A stretch of DNA of 64,000 nt from Octopus sinensis (Eukaryota), in assembly GCF_006345805.1 (NCBI RefSeq), contig NC_043022.1, positions 16,368,001 to 16,432,000 on the forward strand, given 5' to 3'. Numbering within the stretch: the first letter of the stretch is position 1; every line of letters begins with the position of its first letter. Of this stretch, positions 27,386-39,131 are shown in pieces. The position numbers and the translations under genes were made by a program. The notes below the pieces were generated by a model. The model saw only the letters and a program-made list of their open reading frames with translations, was not told the DNA's origin and did no database searches.

Positions 27386-28777
27386 ACCTGTTGAAATTAA
27401 AAAGATTAATATTTCCTTTAATTGCAAATTAATGGCTACACAGAGTTCTTGAGAGTAACAGTTAAACTCCTAGTGATTTGATTATGAGTTCTTGGTTATA
27501 ATTTCATATATTTCACTTATACCAGTATATAGATTATTGATTATATTACCAGCATTTATTGATTTCTAATAGTAGCATAAGTCTACACATTTTTGGAGAG
27601 GGATTTAGACATCTAAATCAACTGACTTTGCCAGGATTAGAATTTAGAACCGAAAGCCCTGTAATACCACAAAATATTTTGTCTGATGTGGAAAGATATC
27701 ATGAATCAACTTAATAATACTATTGGAAATAATAAACTACAGAAGGAATGGAATAGGTAAATATTCTGAGGCAAGTCTTTGGATGCTTTAATGCTTTAAC
27801 ATTTAAATTGACTATATCTGACCCCAGTATTCTACTGGCTTTATGTTTGAACTAACCAATCTGGCTACAAAGGCATTCTATGAATAAGCAATCACATCAT
27901 CGAAATCTTGAGGCTACAAGCTAATGATGATTAATTCAAAACAATGTGAATAGATAAGCATTACATTATGTCCTGGAATTGTTGGTATATAAGACAACAG
28001 GGCCTGTGTATTGTTAATTACTATGGCAGGCAGTGGCCTACTGTCAACTATCATCCATGTTAACTCACTAGATTTACATTTAATACCAGGTGTATACTAG
28101 GGGATGATAGCTGTGTGATATTTAAGGTTAAAAGGTCATCTTATATGCTGACATTTATGGCAGCTATATTTTGAGTATGTGTCCACCCCTGGGCCTGTTT
28201 TAGTTTTTATCATCAAACCTCATAATTGAATAAATCCAATATTGAAGAGATACATCAATAGTCTCCTCACTTGTCAATTGACTCCAGATAAACTTGACCT
28301 TGTTTCCAACAAAAACAAGCAAACAAAAAAAAAATTGTGTAGATTTCTGAATATTTCTGCTACTTTCTGAATCCTGAGTTCAATTTTATCTAATTAAATA
28401 GTTTTTGATGAACAAAAAATAATAAAAAAATGGATAAACAACATCACTTGTGTACATTGTTGACTTTTTTTAAAATTTGTATTGTCATTTGAAAGAAGGG
28501 CCACTTCTTTAATTACAATTTTCAACAGCTTTATCGCAAAGAGATTTCCAATTTTATTGTTTGGAAAAAATAAATAAGCAAATATAATAAAAAAAAAACG
28601 TGTGATAAGAATATAAAAAAAAAGCAGATAACATTCCTTTGTCACTGATTTATCTTTTTTTTTTCCTAAATATGCTTTTTGTATTCTCTAGAAGATAAAT
28701 TCAGTTGGAATTACAGTTAATTTCTCACTGTGAGGAGACAGATAACATATATGATAATAATAATAATAATAATAATT

Positions 28778-28817
<40 letters not shown>

Positions 28818-31058
28818 CGATGACGACAGTAAATTGGGTTGTATATGGTGAACTGGCAGAGTCAAACTGTATTTATTCCAGCTTCTTGTATTTTGAGTTC
28901 AAACCCTGCTGCACGCAGCTCCTCCCTTTTATTCTCCCAGTTTCAATAAATAAAGTACCAGTCCTGGAGTCATCAGAATATCAGATTGGATACCCTGTGG
29001 TGTTGATTCTGGTTCTTTCTGTTCTGGGTTCAAATTCTGCCATGGTGTATTTGGATGGATAGACTTAATTTGCTGCTTAGAGGAACAGCACTACCTGGTC
29101 CTTGTGTACCTCCAACGAAGTCCACTTTGTTGTAAGCAAGATCTCTAGTTTGAGGAAACTTCGCTCCCTCCCTCTCTCCCTTCAACTAGTCTTGGAGGCC
29201 CAATAAAAGGTCAAAGGTACTTTCAGGAAGCCCTTCTCTCTTGATTGAGTAATGAAATTTTTATTGGATTAAAATAAATTAAAAATATTTAGTAAACTCA
29301 TTTAAAGATCCTCTGTGTTTCAAAAGGAGGAAGAAGAATTTGTCTATCAGTCCAGGTTTCAAATAACACTTTGGTTGGAACTACTCAATTTTTAAGGGTC
29401 CTAGAAAAGAAAAGATGTCACAACAGCTTTTTCCCTCTTCTAAATAATCCCACATTTACAGTAAGCTGAAATAATTTTTCCTGTCCCACTTTTCTGAAAA
29501 AAGCAGTATGAATATCTGTTTATAATTTGGTGATTTACTTAGTGAAGGCACACGGCTTAGTGTTTGGGGTATTCTACTCATAACTGTAAGGTCATGAGTT
29601 CAACTTCCAGTGGCATAGTGTGTCCTTGAGCAAGACACTTTACTTCACATTGCCTTTGTCTACTGAGACAGCAAAAATGAGATGTACCTGTCTTTCACAG
29701 GGCCAGCCATGTCACATTCTGTGACATGCTGAATCTCCTTGAGAACTACATTGAAAGTGCACATGTCTGTGGAGTGCTCGGTTACTTCTGTGTTAATTTT
29801 ATAAGCAGGCTGTTCCATTGATCCGATCAAGTAGAACGCTTATCGGAACCAACAGTTCCTGTTTTTCATTTTCTTTTTTGGTGTTTTACAATAGAACAGA
29901 TAAATGTAAGTCATAGTTTACAGTCACCCAACACATTCTGGTATATAAATATAGAGAGAGGTACGTGTAAATATCAAAATTAATTGAGAAAAATCTCATA
30001 AAACAAAACTGTTTCAAAGATTTATAACTTGAGAGAATAACTATTAATGTTAAGAGATTTCTTTAAGAATAGATACTTGCATTTATTAGTTTGGTCCCAA
30101 TCACATGATCAGACACAAAAGGAAACAATTTATGAGGAAAATATGGATTCACTTATCTTGATCTGCTTATAAATGTGGAAAAAAATTTAAAACTACCAAT
30201 TTGAAAAGAAATAATTCTTCTTTTATAATAAAATCTGTATTGATTTTTAACAATTTCTTTTATAAAAAAAAGCTAAATTATTTTTAACCATTGTTTATAG
30301 TTGTTAGTTAATGTTCAAAATAAGACTTTCTTTAAGTTCATTTATCTGAAGAACACCATATTAAGTTTACTGTTTGTTTTTTTTTTAAATTGTTACTTTT
30401 TAAAATATTTCTATATCTGATTTCTCAATCTCACATAACTTTACATCACATACGGCAATATTCCCATCAATTTACTGAAGACTTTTTTTTAGTAGTTATA
30501 GTTATTGTGGCTGCTGTTATTTAACCCTAGGCCAGGTCTGACTGAGCAGAGACATATAAATAAAGATTTAATCAGGGCCATTTCTCTACTTTCAGAATAT
30601 ATGTTGGACTTACATCATCCAATATAGCTCCACTCTCTTTTCTGTAAGATGGTAGGGTTTTGTTTGAAGGAAATTTGGTTGCTATTTTCAGCAAGTAGAA
30701 TATAAAGTCTGAGTAATTTGTGAGTGATTTTGTTCACTGTAGTGTGATTTGAGAGAGATTTGGTTGCTATTTCTAGCAGTTTGAGTGCGGAAGCTTATTT
30801 GTTTGAAATGTTCCTTATTTCAAGATACCAAACCATTCAGTGCTTATTCATAATATAACAGACACGCATACACACACACAGACACTCATTATTCTAGTAA
30901 AGACTGTACTTTGCTGGAGAGGTCTAATAAAACCTGTTCATTGATGTAATTGCTCAGTGAAGATTAGATTCCTTCTCTCTCCTCTGTGTTGTCCATATTT
31001 CTAATTTTAGTTGATTCAAATTACTTTGCTCACTCCATTGAGCATTTTCTTTTTTTAG

Positions 31059-31154
31059 CACAGACCTTAGCATTATTAGTCCACAGTTAAGGAACATCGG
31101 ACAACTCTACTGAAGCAGCATCATGGCACACAGGCAGCCAAATTGCACACAGAT
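31059..31154 (+). other. candidate exon (possible start MAHRQPNCTQ from ATG at 31123)
   Basis: Acceptor TTTTCTTTTTTTAG (alternative CAG at 31061-63) and donor AT|GTGAGT at 31155. The ATG context is CATCATGG, and the phase-2 end fits the acceptor at 34924. No homology recognised. Confidence 0.3.
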
Positions 31155-33102
31155 GTGAGTACCTTCAGCACTCATTAAGTCAAATATGTCCAACTTCAAT
31201 TTGGTCTGAAATTATGTGGGACTATCAAAAAGGGGAAGGTTAGTGTGGCAGTTTGTTACAAAGGTATCAGTTTCTGGTTGAGATTCAATGTCTAATGTTT
31301 GATATGTCACTTAGACTTGTTTCAGTTAATTTCTGTTTGGGCTGTTTTAGTAAATTTGAAGCTTTAGTTTGTGATTGCAGTAAAGGCAAACGAGGTGACC
31401 TTGGCCACTGCACTAGCGAACAAGAGTTTTTGATTAAAAATAAGTAAAATCGAGAAAACAGGATGTAATGTCTAATGTAAAATTCAAGCAATTGTTCTTT
31501 GGCCCGTTACCTTAAATACTTAACTTCCATTGTAAACTTGAGTAAATTACCAACAGGCAGAGCTTTTCTCTTCTGTTTATTGATAATAGCCATCATTATC
31601 ATCATCATCATCATCATCATCATTAATGTTGTGAGCTGGCAGAATCATTAGCATGCTGGACAAAATGCTTAGTAGCAGTTTGTCTTTCTTTATGTTCTGA
31701 GTTCAGTTCTGCTGGTTAAAATAAGTATCAGTTGGGTACTGAGGTTGATGTAATCAACTACACTCCCCCCACAAAAAAAAAGCAATTCATGCTTCCATCC
31801 ACTTCCCATTTTGGCCTGGTCATTATGGTCCAAGTCATTTCTTATTGGGAGGTACTTTCCCTCATAGGACTAGTGTGTGTGTGTGTGATTTGGCATAGTT
31901 TCCATGAGTGGATGACTTTTCTATTACCAACCACTTTATGCAGTGTTTTTGGTATATTGTTTCTGTGGCACCAACACTAGAGTGGTTGAATAGTCCTGGC
32001 AACACTGGACAATACTATGCTTTCTTTTTGCTCATTTGCCAATCATTTTACATTTACTGTATTAATATTGATCTACACAAAATTAACTAACAAATTAATG
32101 AATGTATTTCATAACTAAAATGGTAAGTTAAAATATTTCCATCTGTTTCCAAAAGCCAATAAGTGACGTGTTTAACTGGAATTTAGAAACAGGTTACAGG
32201 TTCAATTCTATTAGAATGTACTGCCGCAATGAAATGTAAATAATAATAATAATAATAATAACCAACTTGCATTCATTCTGCTGTGATCAACAGAAGATGG
32301 TTTTTAAGAAATATATTTAAATAATTATAGAAATTGTTGAATATTGTTTGTTTTGTGTGTTTTTTTTATTGATAATTTAGTTGAAGCAAATTTGGAAGTT
32401 GTTCAATAAGTATATAAACGTGAAGAATGTTCTTATATTGTTATTTACTTTATCATTTTCTTTATTTCTTTAAGGAAGTTATCAGTTTTATATTTTCAAA
32501 AATGTTTGGAAATGCTTTTAACATTCTTTAAATCCGGTTCAGCCTGTCTATATTTTAAAGATTTAAAATAAATTTTTAAAAAATAGAACCTTTTAAAATT
32601 ATTTCCCATTGAAATCTATAAATTTGGATAGATTTACTCTTTTCTTGTTTTCTTTTTTTTGTTTTTCCTTATTGTTTTTAATATTTTGTGTTGCAATTAA
32701 AAGAGTTTAAAGCTTAGCATTGATGTGAAAATCCTTTCTTGGATTTTGTATAAATTAAAAACAATATCCATTGATTGAGGAAAACTTGTATTTCCTCCAG
32801 CAAAGATTCCATTCCCTTCAGGCTAGATACAGTTATTCGGAACATTCATTACAAGAACAGAGATAGGAATTAAGCAAATGTTAGAGTGTGGGTTTACTCT
32901 TTAAAACCTTTAATTAAAAGGTGGGGCAGGGAGGGGAGCCGAATGAAAGGTTTGAAAGTTGTTAATAAGGAGGCAACAGCAGAATAAGTTTGGTGAAGCT
33001 GGTGGTGGGGGACGGGAGATATTTTCTTTTATGGCAGAACTAAAATTTAACCATTTAATTTTAGATTCTTTAAGTATTTTTTTCTTTTACTTCTTTTCTT
33101 AG

Positions 33103-33115
33103 CAAGAAGACAAAG
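33103..33115 (+). other. candidate 13-nt microexon CAAGAAGACAAAG
   Basis: Preceded by a ~25-nt almost pure pyrimidine tract ending in AG; donor AAG|GTAGTT; no stop in any frame; lies in a transposon-free island. Confidence 0.35.
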
Positions 33116-34149
33116 GTAGTTTTTTTCTTTAATATTTTTCTTTTCTTTTTTTACTTTTCAGTTATTCATTTATTTTTTTACTGCCAAGGATCAAACACAT
33201 GTTGATGTTGTTGAAATAAATGCAAATGATTCAAATTACCACATTTTTCATGTTCTTTTATTTACATGCTTTCATTTAAATTCTTTCAGTTAGAATTTCT
33301 TCATTGACATGAATAGGCACCATTTCAAATTCCAAATTGACAGTTTGCAAGAAGAAAAAAAAATTGTGCCAAAAATAATTAAGAGTTTGAAAGCTTTTTT
33401 TATTCATATTTTGTTTTTTTCCAGATGTGATAGGATTTATTTTCATGGAGCAGTCTGTTATTTTGGTTTACGAATCACTGCACAGTTTCTTTTGCAAATA
33501 AAGTCATTTCTTGTTCTTTCTTTTACAATCTTCTAAACCCCCCACCCCACCACCACCGAAAGACATGGTTTATGGTCTACTATTTTGAGTACGGAACAAT
33601 TCGAAAGTTGTTTTTTTTCAATGGATTTGGGGATAGATTAAAATATTCTTGCTTTTTATTTGTTCCATAACCAATTTGTATTTTTTTCTTTAATTTTTAA
33701 AAAAGGGACAAACAGATTATTTTTCTTTTCTTACAGGTTGTTTTTGCACTGTAATCTACTCTTTATTTGTAGTCTTGCTGTTCAAATGTTTTGTTTCAAA
33801 AAAAAAAAAAAATATATATATATATGTAAAATTCATATAACAAGAAATACATAGAAGGAAGAGATCAACTTTTCTGCTGTCATATGTCTGTACATGTATG
33901 TATCATCATCATCATCATCATCATTTAATGTCCGTTTTCCATGTCGACATGTGCTGGGGGTTTTGGCAGGAGCTGGCAGGGCCAGGAGCCACACCAGGTT
34001 CCATAGTCTGTTTTGACTTGGTTTCTACACCTGGGTGCTCTTCCTAATGCCAACCGCTTCACAGAGTGTATCAGGTGCTTTTTATGTGGAACCAACACAA
34101 GTTCTTTTTATGCAGCACCTATACTGGCATGTGTGTGTGTATGTGTGTA

Positions 34150-34194
<45 letters not shown>

Positions 34195-34264
34195 ATAACA
34201 CCCCCACACATATTAAGTGTTGATTGTCAGAAGAGAGAGTACTTGGTATCATACTAGAGATTAA

Positions 34265-34406
34265 TAATATTTTATTTTGGTTGAGTCAGTCTCTTGCTAA
34301 TCTGCATTTTGCCTTTGGACGCACAGCTAAAACCTGCCTGAAGAGCCTGTATACCCATTGGTAAAACTCAGAGTAGGAAGAGACTGACTCAACCAAAATA
34401 ATATTA
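34265..34406. repeat. fold-back inverted repeat / putative TA-flanked MITE
   Basis: Perfect 23-bp arms TATTTTGGTTGAGTCAGTCTCTT (34273-34295) and its reverse complement (34378-34400); imperfect pairing continues inward to a ~18-nt loop. Confidence 0.85.
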
Positions 34407-34471
34407 CATATACATACATATATATGGGTATATGGGTGTGTGTGTGTGTGTGTATATATATAAACCAAATG

Positions 34472-34507
<36 letters not shown>

Positions 34508-34510
<3 letters not shown>

Positions 34511-34774
34511 AGGCGCAATGGCCTAGTGGTTAAGGCAGCGAACTCGCGGTCGTAGGATCGTGGTTTCGATTCCCAGACCAGGCGTTGTGTGTGTTTATTG
34601 AATGAAAACACCTTAAAGCTCCACGAGGCTCCGGCAGGGGGTGGTGATCCCTGCTGTACTCTTTCACCACTCTTTCTCTCACTCTTTCTTCTGTTGGCCT
34701 GCTCGAAGGCTAAAACAATGCGAACAGATTGTGACCAGCGATGTGTAGCAACATCTGATGGTCTGGTCGGTCAT

Positions 34775-34778
<4 letters not shown>
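34508..34778 (+). mobile_element. tRNA-derived SINE, head H1 + tail A, inserted in (TA)n
   Basis: Same element as 5837-6138 with an internal deletion of about 25 bp; (TA)n on both sides. Confidence 0.9.
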
Positions 34779-34822
<44 letters not shown>

Positions 34823-34923
34823 CATTTGGTTTCAGTATATATTAATATTCTTTTGTAGATTCTGGACATCAGAACAACAAAATAGAAAAAAAAAAACATT
34901 AATGCCTTTTTTTTCTTCTTTAG

Positions 34924-35050
34924 AATACAAAGCTTTGTAAGTGTTAACCTGATACTCTTAGGTTTCGTAGATGATATACAGAATCGGTGTATAAAGTGTC
35001 ATAGATCAGCAGCAAGAGAAATTTCTAGAATAGCAGGAGTTTCTATTATT
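34924..35050 (+). CDS. candidate coding exon of an unidentified gene: (x)IQSFVSVNLILLGFVDDIQNRCIKCHRSAAREISRIAGVSII
   Basis: Strong acceptor CCTTTTTTTTCTTCTTTAG, 42 open codons, donor GTAAGT at 35051 in phase 0. A second acceptor (exon start 34962) and a second GTAAGT donor (34937, also phase 0) are present. Confidence 0.45.
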
Positions 35051-36252
35051 GTAAGTGCAAATGTTGATTGATAATACATAGTCTGGTGTTGGACTGGCTT
35101 GGGAGCATGACAAAAGTTTTTGAGTTACAATATTAGTTTGGGTGTGTGTATGTGTGGTGGTGGTGGCGGCGGTGGTGGTGGTGGTGGCAGTTGATATCAC
35201 ATTGTATATTGCTATGATTTGGTTCTCATTGAATAATCGATCAAAAGAACTACAGAAAAATGTCCAAACTTGGAAGAATTGACTAATAAAAAGTATTATG
35301 GTCAACATGAAAAACAGCCAAAGTTAGTAACAAAACACAAACTTGTGGAAACATATGGAAGGTGGCTTTGACCGTTATGTTGAAAAAAAAAAACAACATC
35401 AACAACAACAACAAAAAAAAAGACTATGAGAACTTAGTGTTTTGAACTGTGCAAAATATTGGTTCACAAAACACATCTCTGGCAGAGTAACAACTGTCTA
35501 CAAGTTTAACTGTTTCTAATCTGTAGGAATAAATACTAACAGTGCTACCTATGGAATAAAAACCCACATTGTTCACTAGAACTGGTTCAGAATGCTGGGT
35601 AGCCATGCATCTTCTCTATTGCAAGTCACCTCTGCCTGTCCCTGGCAGAAAGCCACAACTCCATTCTCTCAAATACTCCCTTCCTCCCGCTTGGTCAAGA
35701 GGACTTTTCCCCTTCCTCCCTTTTCCCTTTTTCTTGTTCTTTTCTTGTCTTTCAAGTTACTTGGCAACCCCACTAATGCTGGCAGCATGAAAAAAGGCAC
35801 CCAGTACTCATTGTGAAACGAAGGGCATCCAACTATACAAACCATGTCAAATCTGACATGGGACACGAAGCAGCCCCGTGACTCAACAGATCCTCTCAAA
35901 CTGCCCAACCCATGCCTGCATGGCAAAGGGATGTTAATTGACGATGATGATGATTTCTATTACACAGGCAACATACATTTAGTACCGCTGAAAATTCTAG
36001 CAAAAGTTTGGCAGCCAGGGCAATAAAGGAGAAGGAATTAAAAATTCAGGGAACCTCTCTCTATTCAAGTGGAAAAGGGTTTGTATTACAAGGTGCTACA
36101 TGATAGTGGGTCATGGTCATGAGTTAGAGAGAGATCTGTGGAGGCAAGAGAGAAAGGATGAGAGTGGAATGGGGATTGGGCAGTAAAAGAAAGCATTTAC
36201 CAATGTGGGTAGAAGAGAGAGAATTGTACAGATATAGAAGTGTAGTGCAAAT

Positions 36253-36625
36253 GTTAGTTAGTTAGTTAGTTAGTTAATTTTTGGCTCAAAAAGCAAAAAG
36301 CAAGGCCATGTAGGGGGACATGGAGTTATGTACAGGGTGGTGTTCATGTAAAGAGTTCAGGCCACTTGAGGTCAAGGGAGACTTTGAACAAAGCGATCGT
36401 CGGCATCTTCACCATCTCGTCTGGCAGCTTGTTCCACGGATCCGCAACCCGGACGGAGAAAGCCCCTCTCCTTCGATTGAGATGAAATCGTCGCAGGTAG
36501 AGCTTTTCGGAGTGACCCCGCAGCCGACGCTCTGGAGCAGGAGTGAAGAACAGCTCTTTCGAGAGGTTACACTTTCCGCTTATGATGTTGTGAGCAAGAA
36601 TGAGATCACCACAGTGGCGGTGACA
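36253..36625 (-). mobile_element. 5'-truncated CR1-clade LINE (ORF2 C-terminus, 3' UTR, (TAAC)n tail)
   Basis: GDLILAHNIISG...RLRGHSEKL...RRRGAFSVRVADPWNKLPDEMV...FKVSLDLKW is the typical CR1 ORF2 end; a short tandem-repeat tail sits at 36253-36276. Confidence 0.9.
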
Positions 36626-37206
36626 TGGATGACATCTGTTGGGAATAGAGAAAACGGTGGGGCAGACTGAAGATGGCCAGCACCTGTTACAGAAATAGAT
36701 GAGAGGAGAAGACATGCAAAGAGGTTAGGTTAAGTTAGATCTTGAGAACATTAGGTTCTCCAAATGGGGTTAACACTGGATCAAAATGGAAAGCAAGATG
36801 ACATGGCTGCAGTTGAATCCCACTGTTGCCAACACGAAAATGATGATGGGTGATTCTTTCCACTGTAATCTCAGGTTACAGGAAACATTCTACCGAAATA
36901 AGTTTAAAGATATATTTAGAGATTTAGTGGTGACTGGGATGGCTTTGTGGCTTCTCTGTTATTACAGTTCATTAGTGAAAGTAGGACAAGCCTTTTCTGG
37001 ATGCATTCAATGATTAGTAAGAAAGAGCAGCATCTAAATATATGCAGAAATGATAGATTAAAGTACCGTTATGGCCAGCAGAAATAGCTTCAGTTGTGGT
37101 AGATTCAGAAGGATGCAATGCATATGTTTTATATTTGTGTACATGTGTGTGTGTGTATTCATGCACATACTCTATGTAATTACTCACACACTCATACATA
37201 TATGTA

Positions 37207-37237
<31 letters not shown>

Positions 37238-37294
37238 TATATTATATAATGTGTGTATATATACATACACTGTGTTAATACACATGTGTGTATG

Positions 37295-37327
<33 letters not shown>

Positions 37328-37377
37328 ATATATATATATATAATAATAATAATAGTATAATAATAATAATTTGAGGG

Positions 37378-37418
<41 letters not shown>

Positions 37419-37690
37419 TGTATTTATTCAGTATGATACAAATGTAATTACACAATCATTAGTCACTTCAATGTAGATATTGATTTCATTTCACCGGACA
37501 CAAAATCAATTTTTTTGTATCAGAAGGTGCAGAAAGAACTTAGTTAGCTCCTAGTAATTTCTTACAGGCAGTTATTTGTGTTGACTCACCTCCACCACCA
37601 CCACCACCACCATGAAAGACAGCAGTCAAGTTTAGCTGGGTTCAAACTCAGACCGGTGAAACATTATATAAAAATTGCCATACTTTCTGC

Positions 37691-37881
37691 TTAACCCTTT
37701 TGCCTTCCTGTGTATCCCATGTGATTGATACACATTCCCATTTTTTTTCAGCCACCAGAGTAGCTTGGGACTTAGGAAAGGAAAGCTTTATATTACTCAG
37801 AACGTTTGAAACTAGGGCTGACTAAAATGTCTGAAGGCAAGCGAGGTTGTTTAGGGTTGTTTAGGACAGACAAAGGGTTAA
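37691..37881. mobile_element. piggyBac-type MITE, different interior
   Basis: TTAA CCCTTT ... AAAGGG TTAA termini around a 183-bp interior unlike the other four copies. Confidence 0.65.
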
Positions 37882-39032
37882 CATTGAAGCAGTAACAGAC
37901 TCACGGTTGTTGAGTTTATAGACATCAATTATGTGCATGCATATCGATTGGTTGATGTTTGTGTTTACATACAAAGTAAAAGTACTTCTAATTAAATTAG
38001 AGTGTGAATATTTAATTAAGTGTATCTTCTGCAATTGTAAGTGTTAGTTTTCCATTGCATAACTCTTGAGTTAACGTATTTGATTGTTCACTCAAGCATT
38101 TGAACAGTTGGAAATGAGTAACTCAGAGTTACAAGGCAAGAAACTTCAGCTACTAATAATGTGTGTGTGTGTGTGTTGTGTGTGTGTGTGCACGTGCGCA
38201 TGCATGCATATGATGAAAAGTTCATTGAGAATTTTAATCTGTTAAGTTTTGAATAACAGGAAAAGCTCTGTTTGAACTGAGAGCTGTTGTTGCTGTTGAA
38301 TGTATTATCATTAATGTTGTACTTTAAAACTGTTTCTTTAAAAGAGAGGGAAATGCAGTCCATGAAAGGAAGACATAAAAGAAAAGTGTTAAAAGAAACA
38401 GAAAACAAAAATTGCAGATTGGAATATTTTGGTTTTGGAATATTTTGAATTTGCAGAGAGTGTTTTGTGTTGATATGTAAAAATCAGGAGGAATCTAAAA
38501 GCTAAGAAGTTTTGATTGTAGACAAAACTAATAAAATGTTGAAGGAACCACCAATCGCATTGTTAGTGTTTGAAAAATTGGTTGTGTGTGCATTTTCTTT
38601 CTTCTTTTTCTTCTTTTCTTTCTTCTTCTTCTCCAGTGGAAAACAAATTGTATTTGAGATTTTATTGGAAAATTTTCAAACAAACGTTTCCTACCACAAA
38701 CAAAATGAAACAAAAAAAAAAAAAAGGGAAAATAAAGAATTTTATTCCAAATAATGGATCCTTATCTTTGTCTGTTTCCTGAAGAACTCTTATATTCCTA
38801 ACTTTACCTCTTTCTATTCTTTATTCTGAATAGTAATCAGCATCAAAAATATCTTATCTGTTCTACATATTGAAAGTATTTTAATCACGTATTTGGAAAT
38901 CTTGTATTAATTCCATTTAATTGTTGTTCTTTTCATTTGCATTCATCTTTTGGCCACAGTAAGCATTTTACATCTATATTTTCTTACCAATCTGCAAGAA
39001 CAGCATGTGTGATTTATTTACATTTTTATTAG

Positions 39033-39131
39033 ATGGCCATTTTCTTTTCAATTAATACATTAACAAGCTTCAAGATGAAACAACAAAACACCAACACGAA
39101 CCCGTTTGCTGCTGCTGCTGGACACTTGTAG
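39033..39131 (+). CDS. candidate terminal coding exon MAIFFSINTLTSFKMKQQNTNTNPFAAAAGHL*
   Basis: Acceptor TTTACATTTTTATTAG. Phase 0 matches both donors of the 34924 exon. Tandem stops TAG TAA, AATAAA at ~39337, and ~3 kb free of SINEs downstream. Confidence 0.4.
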   Translation: MAIFFSINTLTSFKMKQQNTNTNPFAAAAGHL

